A stretch of 63,786 nt of DNA, filler included, from Candidatus Woesearchaeota archaeon (GCA_964342845.1; 3 parts of 3 records of this genome joined end to end with filler, not necessarily neighbours in it); one strand, 5' to 3'; positions 18,003 through 28,239 are shown, numbered from the whole stretch's first letter. Numbers and translations: made by a program. Notes: generated by a model not told the origin, from the letters alone.

Positions 18003-19021
18003 TCTATTGTCTTCTTTATGTTTTGTATAAAGGTTTTAAAATCTTTTTCTTTTATTGTTGCTCCACATGCAAACTCATGACCTCCGAATGAAGCTTCCAT
18101 GTTGCATGTTGATTTTTCTAAAATATTTGGTAAGATTGGTTTGTCATACCTTAGGCTCATTCTTAATTCTGAATCTTTTTGTCTTGCTATTATAATTAGT
18201 TTGTTTGGAAAGAGATAGTGTAATTCATTTGATAACAAACTAGTATATGAGTTTTTAGAAGAAGGATATTTAAATATGAATATATCTTTTTCTTGTTTTT
18301 GGTTGATTGCTTTATCTAATATGTCTTGATATTCTTTTTTGAACTTATTTGCTTGTTTAAATAGAAATTTCCCTTTAGGTGTTTCCTGGTTAAGTATTTC
18401 GTACGGGGATTCTATCTTTGATAGAACAGACACTCTTTTTTTAACATCTGATGTTGTTCCTTTTAGTAAGAAACAAAATATTTGTATTAATTCTCCTAAT
18501 TTTGATGAAAAGTTTAAATCTCCAGGTTCTGTTTTATTATTTGTTAGATCTGGATATTTCTTATTGAAATCTTTTAAGAATTCTGGAACATGCCAGTCTG
18601 CTACTGTACCTATAGTAGCTAACCAGAGGTTTTGTTTTGTGACTTTATATGCGTAGTATGTTGTTGGTTTGTTGTCTTTTGGAGTATGTTTTAATGGATT
18701 GTAATAATGAACTCCTTTTAAGTCTGTTATAGGGTGGTGGTCTAACCAGATAAAAGGAACATTTAAGTTGTCTACGAATTCTTGATCTATTCTTGGTTGG
18801 TCTAAAGCAAAAATATAATCAGGGGAATTTTCTTTTACTTTTCTTAAGAATTTCTCATCTAGTAAACTTGCTTTTACTGGTATACCTTTTCCTTTATCTA
18901 TGTATTTTCTTAAGAGCAAATAAGAAGATAAGCCGTCTGGGTCGTCGTCATAAAAGAACAAAGGATTTTCTGCTTTTTTTAAGAAAGATCTTATTTCTTT
19001 TAACTTTTTTTCTGGTATCAT
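17999..19021 (-). CDS. DHH/DHHA1 phosphoesterase (RecJ/NrnA-like)
   Basis: DDDPDG, LDHH, GTVADW, GGHEFACG. Confidence 0.9.
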   Translation of the reverse strand: MIPEKKLKEIRSFLKKAENPLFFYDDDPDGLSSYLLLRKYIDKGKGIPVKASLLDEKFLRKVKENSPDYIFALDQPRIDQEFVDNLNVPFIWLDHHPITDLKGVHYYNPLKHTPKDNKPTTYYAYKVTKQNLWLATIGTVADWHVPEFLKDFNKKYPDLTNNKTEPGDLNFSSKLGELIQIFCFLLKGTTSDVKKRVSVLSKIESPYEILNQETPKGKFLFKQANKFKKEYQDILDKAINQKQEKDIFIFKYPSSKNSYTSLLSNELHYLFPNKLIIIARQKDSELRMSLRYDKPILPNILEKSTCNMEASFGGHEFACGATIKEKDFKTFIQNIKKTIE

Positions 19022-19061
19022 AAGGAAAGATTTATATTAGTTGTTTATATTGATTTTGGTT

Positions 19062-19289
19062 ATGGTTTGGGAAATTATTTTGTATTTGTTTTTACTTTCA
19101 GGGTTTTATATATTTATGATGCTTTCTGAGAGAGTTAGGGGTTTGGATTTAAAAAGTAAGTTATTGATTTCTTTGGTTGGGCCTTTAGTTATTTTGCTTG
19201 TTGTTGTTTTTGGAGTATTTTTATTGGGTCTTGTTTTAGTTTTGATTTTATTTGGGTTTTTAGTGTGGTTAGTTGGAGGGAAACGTTAA
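19062..19289 (+). CDS. Small membrane protein
   Basis: Very hydrophobic. ATG at 19062 follows a GAAAGATTTATATT promoter. Confidence 0.65.
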   Translation: MVWEIILYLFLLSGFYIFMMLSERVRGLDLKSKLLISLVGPLVILLVVVFGVFLLGLVLVLILFGFLVWLVGGKR

Positions 19290-19320
19290 CTATATATATC
19301 TTTTATATTTTCTTATTTTT

Positions 19321-19560
19321 ATGGTAAATGATTTAGAAATTGATAAAGATTACATGTTTTTAGGTAAGGGGAAAATTGTACATGTTAAAGGAAATACTTA
19401 TTTAACTAAAGAAAGATGTACATTTAAAATGGAATATTCTTGTAGAAACAAAGATGATGATGATTTGGATAAAGAAGAGTGGAAAGAGGCTGAAATACTT
19501 TGTGATTTGAGGAGAGATATAGAAAGAGAAGTTATTAATTTTCTATTATCAGAAATATGA
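19321..19560 (+). CDS. Hypothetical protein
   Basis: ATG at 19321 with an AT-rich TATA-like stretch upstream. No recognisable motif. Confidence 0.5.
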   Translation: MVNDLEIDKDYMFLGKGKIVHVKGNTYLTKERCTFKMEYSCRNKDDDDLDKEEWKEAEILCDLRRDIEREVINFLLSEI

Positions 19561-19565
19561 TAAAA

Positions 19566-20762
19566 TTATAACAATGCTAATAATGGAGAAAAGATAAATA
19601 CAAGTAATTGTTGTATATAAGGCCATAAGTTGATTATAATTAAAGCTAAAGTGAATAAACTTATTGTTGACCATATTTTTCTTGACTTTTCTTCATTCTT
19701 TGTGATGCCTAACAAAGCTGTAAATAACATTCTTCCACCATCTACGGGGCCTAAAGGTAAAAGATTAGCTAATCCAATACCAAAACTGATTAAAAAAATC
19801 CACTCTACTAATGTTGTAAACCATAAGAAGAAAGAAGGTAAAGAAGATCCGTATTTTTCAACTACTTCTTGTTTTAGTTCAGATGAAACAGAAGAAATGG
19901 AAACACCCATATATGCTTTAGTTTCATCACTTGGATTTTCAATTGTGGTTAAGCTGTAAGTATTATTTATTGTTGTGAGTGTTATTTCTTGACCTGGTGT
20001 TAAAGTAGAAGTGGCGTTTATAAAGTCTGTTAAGTCTTGAATTGATTGGCTGTTTATCTCGGTTATTTCTTCTCCTGGTTCTAAACCGGCTAGTTCTGCA
20101 GGACTACCTGAACTAACAGAAGTTATTTTTATGCCTTGGTAATCTACTAATGAAACTGCAAATGGTGAAATTAAAAATGCTGAAATTAATAAGACAATAA
20201 AACCTGTTAATACGTTTGAGAAAGGGCCTGCTGAGAAAACTGCAAGTTGTTTAAATTTTGATTTCTTTTCTAGTTCTTTTTCATCTGGCTCTACAAAAGC
20301 TGCTAATATAGGTCCTAGGAAAGCAAAACCAGAAGATTTAATTGGAATGTTATAAAGTCTAGAGAAAATACCATGAGAAAATTCGTGGATAACTGCAACC
20401 ACTAAGATAGCGATTATCCAATGCCAGAAAGATAAAATAGGTAATCCTGGAATTGCTACTCCTGGGAGTACTGGTGCGATAACAGGTGTTGCACTTTCTA
20501 CTGTTAAAAGTGTTATTGTTCCTTTAACTAATATGTAAAAGATTCCAACCATACCAACAAATCCGAGCAATATACTAAGGTAAGATAATGAATGCAATAT
20601 TTTTGGAGAGAATCTTGCAATTCTATCCATTAATTTTAAACCTATTTTTGTTTTATATAGAACGAAAATTTTTCCTTGCACTTCAAATTTTTCTTTATGG
20701 GTTAAATAATACATGAAAACTAAAGAGTAAAAGATTACTGCAAATAGTATATCCAAGTTCAT
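19566..20762 (-). CDS. Site-2 protease (M50) with PDZ domain
   Basis: HEFSHG, AAFVEPD, AGPFSN, PDZ GSPAELAGLEPG, NLLPLGPVDGG. Confidence 0.95.
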   Translation of the reverse strand: MNLDILFAVIFYSLVFMYYLTHKEKFEVQGKIFVLYKTKIGLKLMDRIARFSPKILHSLSYLSILLGFVGMVGIFYILVKGTITLLTVESATPVIAPVLPGVAIPGLPILSFWHWIIAILVVAVIHEFSHGIFSRLYNIPIKSSGFAFLGPILAAFVEPDEKELEKKSKFKQLAVFSAGPFSNVLTGFIVLLISAFLISPFAVSLVDYQGIKITSVSSGSPAELAGLEPGEEITEINSQSIQDLTDFINATSTLTPGQEITLTTINNTYSLTTIENPSDETKAYMGVSISSVSSELKQEVVEKYGSSLPSFFLWFTTLVEWIFLISFGIGLANLLPLGPVDGGRMLFTALLGITKNEEKSRKIWSTISLFTLALIIINLWPYIQQLLVFIFSPLLALL

Positions 20763-20923
20763 TTTGATTTCTTAATTGGTCTTAGTGCTTTTGATTTGCA
20801 TTTTCTGCATGAGGCTTTTTTTAATAAAACTTTTAAAACTGAAGTCCTAATTTTTGATTTGCATTTTTTACATACAAATACGTCTTTAAATAACCTGTTT
20901 GTTGCTTCTTTGAATTTTGCCAT
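20759..20923 (-). CDS. rpl40e: 50S ribosomal protein L40e
   Basis: MAKFKEATNRLFKDVFVCKKCKSKIR..CRKCKSKALRPIKK (54 aa). Missed by the ORF track. Confidence 0.88.
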   Translation of the reverse strand: MAKFKEATNRLFKDVFVCKKCKSKIRTSVLKVLLKKASCRKCKSKALRPIKKSK

Positions 20924-20925
20924 TT

Positions 20926-21315
20926 TTATTTAACTTGTTTTAATATTTTATCTGCTAATACTTTCCAATAGATTACTTGTATACCTTCTTTTACTTGGTC
21001 TTTTAATTCTGGTGGTATTTTTAAGTCAAATGTTTCATATGATCCCATATCCATAACATTTGCTGTATCATTTGAGATAGACAATACTTGAGCTGGTTTT
21101 TTCTCTATAATTGGAACATCTACATTATCATGTCCTGGATAGATTTGAATTTTTTTTTGTCCGGTTATTAATCCTACTGCTTCTATTCTGCATTTTGCAT
21201 GTCCATGTTTTCCTGGCCTAGATGTTTGAATTGCTGTAACCTTGCAGGCCATATTATCCATAATTATGTAACTACCTATTTTAATGCTTGATGCAGGAAC
21301 TACTTTTTTATCCAT
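20926..21315 (-). CDS. eif5a: Translation factor aIF5A
   Basis: TSRPGKHGHAK hypusine motif. Confidence 0.97.
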   Translation of the reverse strand: MDKKVVPASSIKIGSYIIMDNMACKVTAIQTSRPGKHGHAKCRIEAVGLITGQKKIQIYPGHDNVDVPIIEKKPAQVLSISNDTANVMDMGSYETFDLKIPPELKDQVKEGIQVIYWKVLADKILKQVK

Positions 21316-21356
21316 CTTAAGATTTTAAGAAAGTGGAAGGTTTATATAATTTTTGG

Positions 21357-21635
21357 TTAAAACTTTTGCATTGCTTTTATTATTTTATCTATCTCTTTTT
21401 TATCTGTTTTTTCAACAGGCCTTGGTTTTATATCTTTTAAGGCTTGTTCTAAGTATTTTACTCTTAGGTTTAATTCAAAATTTTGTTTTGAAAGTAATGC
21501 TATTGAACACCATAGTTGTGACATTGCTTTATTTTTAGAGGATTGTATTGCTTTTTTATTTTTTGAAGATTCTCTTATTTGGAGTTCCAAGTGCTTTCTT
21601 AATTGCGGGTCTATTTTTGAGCGCCAGTTTTTCAT
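21357..21635 (-). CDS. Hypothetical coiled-coil protein
   Basis: Likely start MKNWRSKID (ATG 21635), QLWCSIALLSKQ. Confidence 0.7.
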   Translation of the reverse strand: MKNWRSKIDPQLRKHLELQIRESSKNKKAIQSSKNKAMSQLWCSIALLSKQNFELNLRVKYLEQALKDIKPRPVEKTDKKEIDKIIKAMQKF

Positions 21636-21726
21636 AAAAAACAGTAATAGTGATTTAATAAATAGTTTTCTGTGTTTAAACATAATTAAAGAAAGTTATA
21701 TAAATGCTATCTCTTAAAAATAATAT

Positions 21727-22308
21727 ATGAAAAGAGGAATTTCTCCTTTGCTTGGTTGGGTTTTATTAGTAGGATTTGCTGTTTCTATGGGTGCTTTAAT
21801 TCTTATGTGGAGTACTGATCTTATTGGTGAATTAAGCTTAGGTGATTCTCAGAAAATTGATATTTATTGCGAAAATGTTGGATTAGATATAGAGAATATG
21901 TGTTTAGATAAATTAAATGATATGATTAAAATTGATTTAGCAAACAATGGGGGGAGAAACATTAAAGCTTTAACATTTTCTAAAGAGACTAGTGGACTTC
22001 CTACTTCTTATTGTGTTAAATTATTAGATGATGTGTCTGATCCAGAGATTATAATCGTTGGAGAAAACTATATATTTAAAATTAGTTTAGATGAGAAATT
22101 TGAAGAAAACGTAATGTGTGACTTCGTTAGTTCTGGGTTTGATGCAGAGGATGATTTATATATGATTAGTTTAGTTCCTTGGATTGATGTTGATGGAGTC
22201 TTACAGGCTTGTACTGATAAGGAAGTTAAATTAGAGGATCATAATTTGGATGGAGATGTATTTGGTTTTCTGAATGAACCTTGTGAACATTCTGGCGGAG
22301 AAGAATAA
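21727..22308 (+). CDS. Archaeal type IV pilin-like protein (class III signal peptide)
   Basis: MKRG/ISPLLGWVLLVGFAVSMGALIL, a prepilin-peptidase-type cleavage motif. Confidence 0.85.
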   Translation: MKRGISPLLGWVLLVGFAVSMGALILMWSTDLIGELSLGDSQKIDIYCENVGLDIENMCLDKLNDMIKIDLANNGGRNIKALTFSKETSGLPTSYCVKLLDDVSDPEIIIVGENYIFKISLDEKFEENVMCDFVSSGFDAEDDLYMISLVPWIDVDGVLQACTDKEVKLEDHNLDGDVFGFLNEPCEHSGGEE

Positions 22309-22339
22309 GTTTATAAACTAAGGTATTTTTCTTTTTATT

Positions 22340-22993
22340 ATGGTTAAATGTAAGAAAGGAGATTTTATTGAATTGGATTACACTGGAAAAATTAAAGATA
22401 GTGAGACTATTTTTGATACTACAAATGTAAAGGTGGCTAAAGAAAGTGGTTTTTTTAGGGAAGGTGTTAAATATGAACCTGTTGTGGTTTGTATTGGAGA
22501 AAATTTTGTTGTTAAAGGGTTGGATAAGGAATTAGATGGAAAAGAAATTGGAAAAGACTATAAAATTAATGTTAATCAAGAAAACGGATTTGGTAAAAAG
22601 GATGCTAAATTATTAAGAATAATCTCTAAGAGTAAATTTACTAAAGAGAAAATAAACCCTTTTCCTGGTTTAGTTGTTAATGTTGATGGCTTAAATGGGA
22701 TGGTGAGAAGTGTTACTTCTGGAAGAGTTGTAGTTGATTTTAATCATCCTTTAGCTGGTAAAGAACTTGCTTATGAGTTTAAAATTGTTAAGATAGTTAA
22801 AGATGTTAAGGAAAAATTGAATTCTGTGCTTAAGCTCTTGTTAGGTTTAGATAATTTTGAATCTGAAGTTAAAGAAGGAAAGGCTTTAGTGAAAACGAAA
22901 ACTAAAATACCTTCAGAAATAGAAAAAAAGCTTGAGAAAGAGGTAAAAAAACTGGTTCCTGGAATAAAATCAGTTAAATTTGAGGCTAAATAA
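22340..22993 (+). CDS. FKBP-type peptidyl-prolyl isomerase (SlyD/long archaeal FKBP)
   Basis: KKGDFIELDYTG..FDTT, VDFNHPLAGKEL. Confidence 0.93.
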   Translation: MVKCKKGDFIELDYTGKIKDSETIFDTTNVKVAKESGFFREGVKYEPVVVCIGENFVVKGLDKELDGKEIGKDYKINVNQENGFGKKDAKLLRIISKSKFTKEKINPFPGLVVNVDGLNGMVRSVTSGRVVVDFNHPLAGKELAYEFKIVKIVKDVKEKLNSVLKLLLGLDNFESEVKEGKALVKTKTKIPSEIEKKLEKEVKKLVPGIKSVKFEAK

Positions 22994-23024
22994 TCACTCT
23001 AGAATAATTAAGTTTAAATATTAG

Positions 23025-24170
23025 ATGAACTTCTCGAATTTTAAGATGGAAAGTATGTTTAGATCTGCACAAGAAAGAAGCTCTGTTAACTTAGATGTTG
23101 ATTTGGGAGAACCAAGGGAATTAAATGCTGTTGATCAAGAGCTAGGCGAATTATTGAATAAACAGAGAGCTAAAATTAAAGTTGTTGGTGCTGGTGGAGC
23201 TGGGAATAATACAATTAATCGTTTATTTGAAGTAGGTGTTAAAGGGGCTGAAACTATAGCTGTTAATACAGATGCTCAAGATTTATTATATTGTAATTCT
23301 GATACTAAGATTTTGATTGGGAGAGAAATTACTCAAGGACTTGGAGCTGGGAGTATTCCTCAAGTTGGAGAAGAAGCTGCAAGGGAAGGAGAGCACGACA
23401 TAAAAGAAAAACTACAAGGAGCAGATATGGTTTTTGTTACTTGTGGCCTTGGAGGGGGAACAGGGACTGGAAGTATTCCTGTAGTTTCTGAAGTAGCTAA
23501 GAAACTTGGTGCATTAACTGTTGCTATTGTTACTATGCCTTTTGAAATGGAAGGACAGAGAAGATATGATAATGCTGTTATTGGTTTAGAGAAGCTAGAA
23601 CATATTGTTGATACTTTAATTGTTATTCCAAATGAAAAATTATTAGAGTTGGCTCCTGATTTGCCGTTACAAACTGCTTTTAAGGTTGCTGATGAAATTT
23701 TAACTAATGCTGTTAAAGGAATAGCTGAACTTGTTACTAAAACTGGTTTGGTTAATTTAGATTTTGCTGATATTAGAACTGTCATGGGGAGAGGAGGGGT
23801 TGCAATGATTGGAGTTGGAGAAAGTGATTCTGATAACAGAGCAGTAGAAGCTGTTGAGAAGGCTATCTCTAATCCTCTCTTAGATGTTGATATTGCTGGA
23901 GCAAATGGTGCTTTAATTAATATTTCTGGTGGAGCTGGAATGACTTTAGCTGAAGCTAAAAAAATTGTAGAAGTTATTTCTGAAAGACTAGATGAAGATG
24001 CAAGGATTATTTGGGGAGCACAAATTTCTGAAGATTTAGATAAGACAGTTCGTGCTATGTTAATTGTTACTGGTGTTAGAAGCCCTCAAATTTTTGGTCC
24101 TAAGAGAACAATTGCTACTAAAGAAAGAACAGAGATGGAAAGTGAGTTAGGGATTGAATTTGTAGATTAG
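23025..24170 (+). CDS. ftsZ: Cell division protein FtsZ
   Basis: GAGGAGNN, NTDAQDL, GLGGGTGTG, NLDFAD, C-terminal LGIEFV. Confidence 0.98.
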   Translation: MNFSNFKMESMFRSAQERSSVNLDVDLGEPRELNAVDQELGELLNKQRAKIKVVGAGGAGNNTINRLFEVGVKGAETIAVNTDAQDLLYCNSDTKILIGREITQGLGAGSIPQVGEEAAREGEHDIKEKLQGADMVFVTCGLGGGTGTGSIPVVSEVAKKLGALTVAIVTMPFEMEGQRRYDNAVIGLEKLEHIVDTLIVIPNEKLLELAPDLPLQTAFKVADEILTNAVKGIAELVTKTGLVNLDFADIRTVMGRGGVAMIGVGESDSDNRAVEAVEKAISNPLLDVDIAGANGALINISGGAGMTLAEAKKIVEVISERLDEDARIIWGAQISEDLDKTVRAMLIVTGVRSPQIFGPKRTIATKERTEMESELGIEFVD

Positions 24171-24206
24171 GGAAAATTATATAAGTTAATTTTATTTTCT
24201 ACTCTT

Positions 24207-24722
24207 ATGAAAATCTTAATGATAATTGCACCTGAAAACTTCCAAGATAAAGAATTTTTTGAACCTAAAGAGATTTTTGAAGAAGAGGATTTTGAAGTTA
24301 TTGTAGCTTCTAAGTTTGTTAAAGTTGCTAAAGGAATGGGTGGAAGAGAAACAGAAGTTGATTTAAGTTTAGAACAAGTTAAAACAGATGAATACGATGC
24401 TGTGGTTTTTGTTGGTGGAAGTGGAGCTGTGAGATACCAAGAAGATAATGAGGCTTTGAGGATTGCTAAAGAAAGTAAAAAGGTTTTGGCTGCTATTTGT
24501 ATTGCGCCTACCATCTTGGCTTATGCTGGTGTTTTAGAAGGTAAGAAAGCAACTGTTTGGAATGAGGATGGAAAACAAGGAAATCTGCTAGAAAGTAAGG
24601 GGGCTGAGTTTGTTGATGAATCTGTTGTAGTGGATGGTAAGTTAATTACTGGCAATGGTCCTGAAGCAGCTAGAGAATTTGGTGAGAAGATAGTTAAAGT
24701 GCTAAAAAAGAAAGGTTTATAA
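24207..24722 (+). CDS. DJ-1/PfpI family protein
   Basis: FQDKEF, FVGGSG, AAICIAP, ITGNGP. Confidence 0.93.
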   Translation: MKILMIIAPENFQDKEFFEPKEIFEEEDFEVIVASKFVKVAKGMGGRETEVDLSLEQVKTDEYDAVVFVGGSGAVRYQEDNEALRIAKESKKVLAAICIAPTILAYAGVLEGKKATVWNEDGKQGNLLESKGAEFVDESVVVDGKLITGNGPEAAREFGEKIVKVLKKKGL

Positions 24723-24754
24723 ACGAATTATAAGTTCTTGAATCTATTCTTAAA

Positions 24755-24952
24755 ATGGAACATCAAGAAGAAAAGAAGACTCTAATGAGAAGAATTAAAA
24801 AGTTTATAGGTGAAAGTAGAAGAGTCTTTAAAATTACTAAAAAACCTGATAAAGTGGAATTCCTCATGATTGTTAAGGTAACTGGAATAGGTATATTAAT
24901 CATTGGGGCTATGGGTTTTATAATTAGGATGTTATGGGAAATGTTGAGTTAA
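24755..24952 (+). CDS. secE: Protein translocase SecE/Sec61-gamma
   Basis: RRVFKITKKPD..EF..TGIGILIIGAMGFII. Confidence 0.93.
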   Translation: MEHQEEKKTLMRRIKKFIGESRRVFKITKKPDKVEFLMIVKVTGIGILIIGAMGFIIRMLWEMLS

Positions 24953-24954
24953 AA

Positions 24955-25404
24955 ATGACAAATATATTTACTTTAAAAACAACAGCAAATAGAGAAGATC
25001 AAGTAGTTGATTTTGTAGTTTCAAATATAAAGAAAAAAGAGCTTAATGTTTTTTCAATAGTAAGACCACATGGTTTGAGAGGTTATATTTTTGTTGAGGC
25101 TGAAACTAGAGAAGATGTAGAACAAGCTTATTTTGGTGTTCCTTATGCTAAAGGATTATTACCTAGTGCAATGAAATATGAAGAAATAGAACATATGCTT
25201 GAACAAGTTAAAGTTCAGGTAGATATTAGAAAGAATGATGTTGTAGAATTGATTTCTGGTCCGTTTAAGAGAGAAAAGGCTAAAGTTATTCGGATAGATA
25301 ATGTAAAGGAAGAGGTTGTTGTTGAATTATTAGAAGCAGCTGTTCCAATTCCTATTACTGTAAAACTAGATGCTGTAAAAGTTATAAGAAGAGAGGATGA
25401 ATAA
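24955..25404 (+). CDS. spt5: Transcription elongation factor Spt5/NusG
   Basis: GYIFVEA, KOW ISGPFKREKAKV, EAAVPIPITV. Confidence 0.96.
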   Translation: MTNIFTLKTTANREDQVVDFVVSNIKKKELNVFSIVRPHGLRGYIFVEAETREDVEQAYFGVPYAKGLLPSAMKYEEIEHMLEQVKVQVDIRKNDVVELISGPFKREKAKVIRIDNVKEEVVVELLEAAVPIPITVKLDAVKVIRREDE

Positions 25405-25414
25405 TAAAATTATT

Positions 25415-25984
25415 TTATAATTTATTTAATTTGTCTCTTATTTTTGCTGCTTCTTCATATTCTTCTTGTTGGATTGAGTGTTCTAATTTTAGTGATAAGA
25501 ACTCTCTGTCTGAAATAAGTTTTATTGGACGGACACCTGTGCTAACACGGTAGTAGTTTGGATTTATAAAATCAATTTTTTTGGATTTCCATACCCTAAA
25601 AGGGATACAATCATCTTTTATTTCTCTTTCGTCTAATAAATACTCTGCAACAGATCTCATATTGCTTATTGTTTTTGTGAAATGTTTTTTGTGTTTAAAT
25701 ATATAAGGTATAATCACAGATCCCATTAACTGAGGAGAAGCTGTTTCATAACCAAGATTTCTACAAATAGCTAAGTTAATTCTATAAGTTACAAGGGGTC
25801 TAAATGGTTTGTCAAATTCAAGTTCCGGTCTATATAGATTAAGAGCATAAGCATTAACCATAAGGTGTGGACTTTCTGGATCAGTTTCTTTTGTTTTAAA
25901 GTATTTAGAAGGATTTGCATCTCTGATTAAGAAAAACTCTAAATTATCTCTCTTAGTAAATATTGGTTGTTCTTTTCTTTTCAT
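25415..25984 (-). CDS. Hypothetical protein with C-terminal UvrB/UvrC (UVR) motif
   Basis: SIQQEEYEEAAKIRDKL. Confidence 0.75.
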   Translation of the reverse strand: MKRKEQPIFTKRDNLEFFLIRDANPSKYFKTKETDPESPHLMVNAYALNLYRPELEFDKPFRPLVTYRINLAICRNLGYETASPQLMGSVIIPYIFKHKKHFTKTISNMRSVAEYLLDEREIKDDCIPFRVWKSKKIDFINPNYYRVSTGVRPIKLISDREFLSLKLEHSIQQEEYEEAAKIRDKLNKL

Positions 25985-26046
25985 ACTTTTTAAGAGATTT
26001 GTTGGGTTTATAAACGTTACTATTCTGTAACTACCCTATAATAACT

Positions 26047-26805
26047 TCAACTAAAAATCTTCCTAAGAAATCCTCTTTCAGCTTTGTAATCGACACCTAT
26101 TAATTCAGCAGTTATCCCTTTGTAAGCAATAGCACTTTTACTATAAGGATGGCTAAAAACAACAGGTTCATTTAAAACTAAAGACTTACGAACAGACTTA
26201 TCTTCAGGGACAACGCCTAAAACAGGAGCTTCCATTAAAGCTTCAACATCAGAAGTAGAAACATCATTCCTAAAACCTGCTCTTGTAAGTATAACACCTT
26301 TGACTCTTTTACCTAATTCACGTGCAACTTTTAATGTCTTCAAAGAATCTGTTAATGCAGGAACTTCAGGATGAGAAACAATTATAACATCGTCAACAGC
26401 ATTTAGTACACTAAAAGCCTCACTACCTAAACCAGCAGCAGAATCAACAATTACAACATCACACAAACCACGTAGCCCACTAATAGCATCTTTCAAACGA
26501 TTAACATCGACATTATATAAATCAGAAATAGATAAGCCGGCAGGTAAAATTCTTAAACCTTTACTAACTGTATAAACAGCTTCTGCAACTGAGCACTCTC
26601 CTTTCAAAACATTATGTAAACTCAAAGGAACTCCGTAAACACCTAAACTTAAACCAACATTTGGTGTACTTAGGTTACCATCTACAACAATAGTATTTCT
26701 TCCAAAATAACTCATAGCAGCACCTAAACAAACAGAACTAGTTGTTTTTGATACTCCTCCTTTTCCACTCATAACACCAACAATAGCAGTCATTTTTTCA
26801 TCCAC
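26047..26805 (-). CDS. minD: MinD/ParA family ATPase
   Basis: SGKGGVSKTT, VDGNLSTPN, DSAAGLG, VPEDKSVR. Confidence 0.92.
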   Translation of the reverse strand: MDEKMTAIVGVMSGKGGVSKTTSSVCLGAAMSYFGRNTIVVDGNLSTPNVGLSLGVYGVPLSLHNVLKGECSVAEAVYTVSKGLRILPAGLSISDLYNVDVNRLKDAISGLRGLCDVVIVDSAAGLGSEAFSVLNAVDDVIIVSHPEVPALTDSLKTLKVARELGKRVKGVILTRAGFRNDVSTSDVEALMEAPVLGVVPEDKSVRKSLVLNEPVVFSHPYSKSAIAYKGITAELIGVDYKAERGFLRKIFS

Positions 26806-27242
26806 CCTTTAACTATTTCTATAAATTCTCTAAGTTCTTTGTAATAGTTGTATAATACAGGGATATCAACTTCGACTTTCTTTCCTTCAACTCTTGCAAT
26901 CATTGTAACATGCTTTCTATATTCTTCTCTAGCTTGGTATTCTGCTTTAGATAATTTTTTTAATAATTCATAGAATTTGAAATACCTTTTAACACCTCTT
27001 TTATTAAACTTAGATTTAAATAACTTATATTTATCTTCACCTAATTGAGGGATTTCTTTAATTTTTTTCTTCTCTAATAAATATAATAAACCTTCATAGA
27101 AGATAGCATCATAAGTACTAATTAATCTAAATATGACATTTTTTATAACATCACAAGTTCTGGTGTATTTTAAAGTTACATAAATCAAGTGGTCGACCCG
27201 TTTTAGCTGATTTTCTGCTTTATCTTCTTCTTCGAATATCAT
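26790..27242 (-). CDS. Hypothetical protein (paralog of next ORF)
   Basis: LKRVDHLIYVTLKYTRT motif. Overlaps minD. Confidence 0.8.
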   Translation of the reverse strand: MIFEEEDKAENQLKRVDHLIYVTLKYTRTCDVIKNVIFRLISTYDAIFYEGLLYLLEKKKIKEIPQLGEDKYKLFKSKFNKRGVKRYFKFYELLKKLSKAEYQAREEYRKHVTMIARVEGKKVEVDIPVLYNYYKELREFIEIVKGWMKK

Positions 27243-27705
27243 TATTTATTATATTAGTAACAAATAATATAAAAGGTTTTGCTTTTAACAAATACTCTTT
27301 AATCAAGTCGATGCTCAATTTCTTCATTTTATAATCATTGTAACAAATTATATATTCTCCTTTTCTTCTAAATTCCATTGGACTTTTTTCCCTCTTATCT
27401 ATTAAATCGTTTACTTCTAAAACCAAGGAAACATGATCTCCGCTAATTTTATACTTGGGAACTACTTCTTTTTGAAAAATTTCAAACCTCATCATAAAAT
27501 TTTCAGGATACATTCCAATTCTCTTATACATCCTTTCGTAATATAGTAATGCTTCCATGCCCAGATTTAGACTCTTATTTAGATTCCATATAATTTGTAC
27601 TAGTAGTTTTGGATCTTTTAATAAGGGGAATGTGACAGAAGCTAAATGATCTGCTGTCTTAAAAGACTTATCCATATTAGAAACTAGTTCTACTAATCTT
27701 TCCAT
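27220..27705 (-). CDS. Hypothetical protein (paralog of previous ORF)
   Basis: FKTADHLASVTFPLLKDPKLL..SPMEFRRK. Confidence 0.8.
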   Translation of the reverse strand: MERLVELVSNMDKSFKTADHLASVTFPLLKDPKLLVQIIWNLNKSLNLGMEALLYYERMYKRIGMYPENFMMRFEIFQKEVVPKYKISGDHVSLVLEVNDLIDKREKSPMEFRRKGEYIICYNDYKMKKLSIDLIKEYLLKAKPFILFVTNIINNDIRRRR

Positions 27706-27740
27706 AAAAAGGGTAATACTTACAAACTTTTAAAATTATC

Positions 27741-27757
27741 CTTTCAAAGAAATAATA
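27741..27757. repeat. Direct repeat copy 1 (CTTTCAAAGAAATAATA), duplicate of the nac 3' end
   Basis: Identical 17-mer at 28245-28261. The minus strand reads IISLKG* versus IISLKE* in nac. Confidence 0.85.
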
Positions 27758-27827
27758 AATATATTGCGTTCTAAAGGAATCAAGTATTTGCGCAACTCTT
27801 TTATATCTAAACAACCTCGCTAATAAT

Positions 27828-28199
27828 ATGATTGAAATCTCAAAATCCGTAATTCAAAAAAATGGAAAATTCCTTCTTTTAAAAAGAGCTTCACACTCAA
27901 AAAGTTATCCTAACATGTGGGATTTTGCTGGAGGTAAACACGATCCAGGAGAAACTCCTAAACAAGCTGTTATCAGAGAAACAAAAGAAGAAACTTCGTA
28001 TGATATAAATCCAAAGGATGAAATCAGAAAAGAAGAGTACCACGATGAAAAACATAATTTGCTTTTTCATTATTTTATTCCAAAAATAATTTCTGGAGAT
28101 TTGACATTAAGTTCAGCTCATTCCGATTCCATGTGGATTTCTAAGGAAAGTTTAAAAAATTTTGAATTACACCCCTCTGTAAAATTGTTCTTCAACTAA
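27828..28199 (+). CDS. NUDIX hydrolase (MutT-like)
   Basis: GGKHDPGETPKQAVIRETKEET Nudix box. Confidence 0.93.
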   Translation: MIEISKSVIQKNGKFLLLKRASHSKSYPNMWDFAGGKHDPGETPKQAVIRETKEETSYDINPKDEIRKEEYHDEKHNLLFHYFIPKIISGDLTLSSAHSDSMWISKESLKNFELHPSVKLFFN

Positions 28200-28239
28200 A
28201 ACACGTTCTATACATCTCTAATTTTAGACAAATTCAAAA

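Noticed and set aside
26017..26046. Possible dif/Xer site at the skew switch
   Set aside because: The arms around CTACCC do not form the expected TAA-N6-TTA inverted repeat, so it is not supportable.
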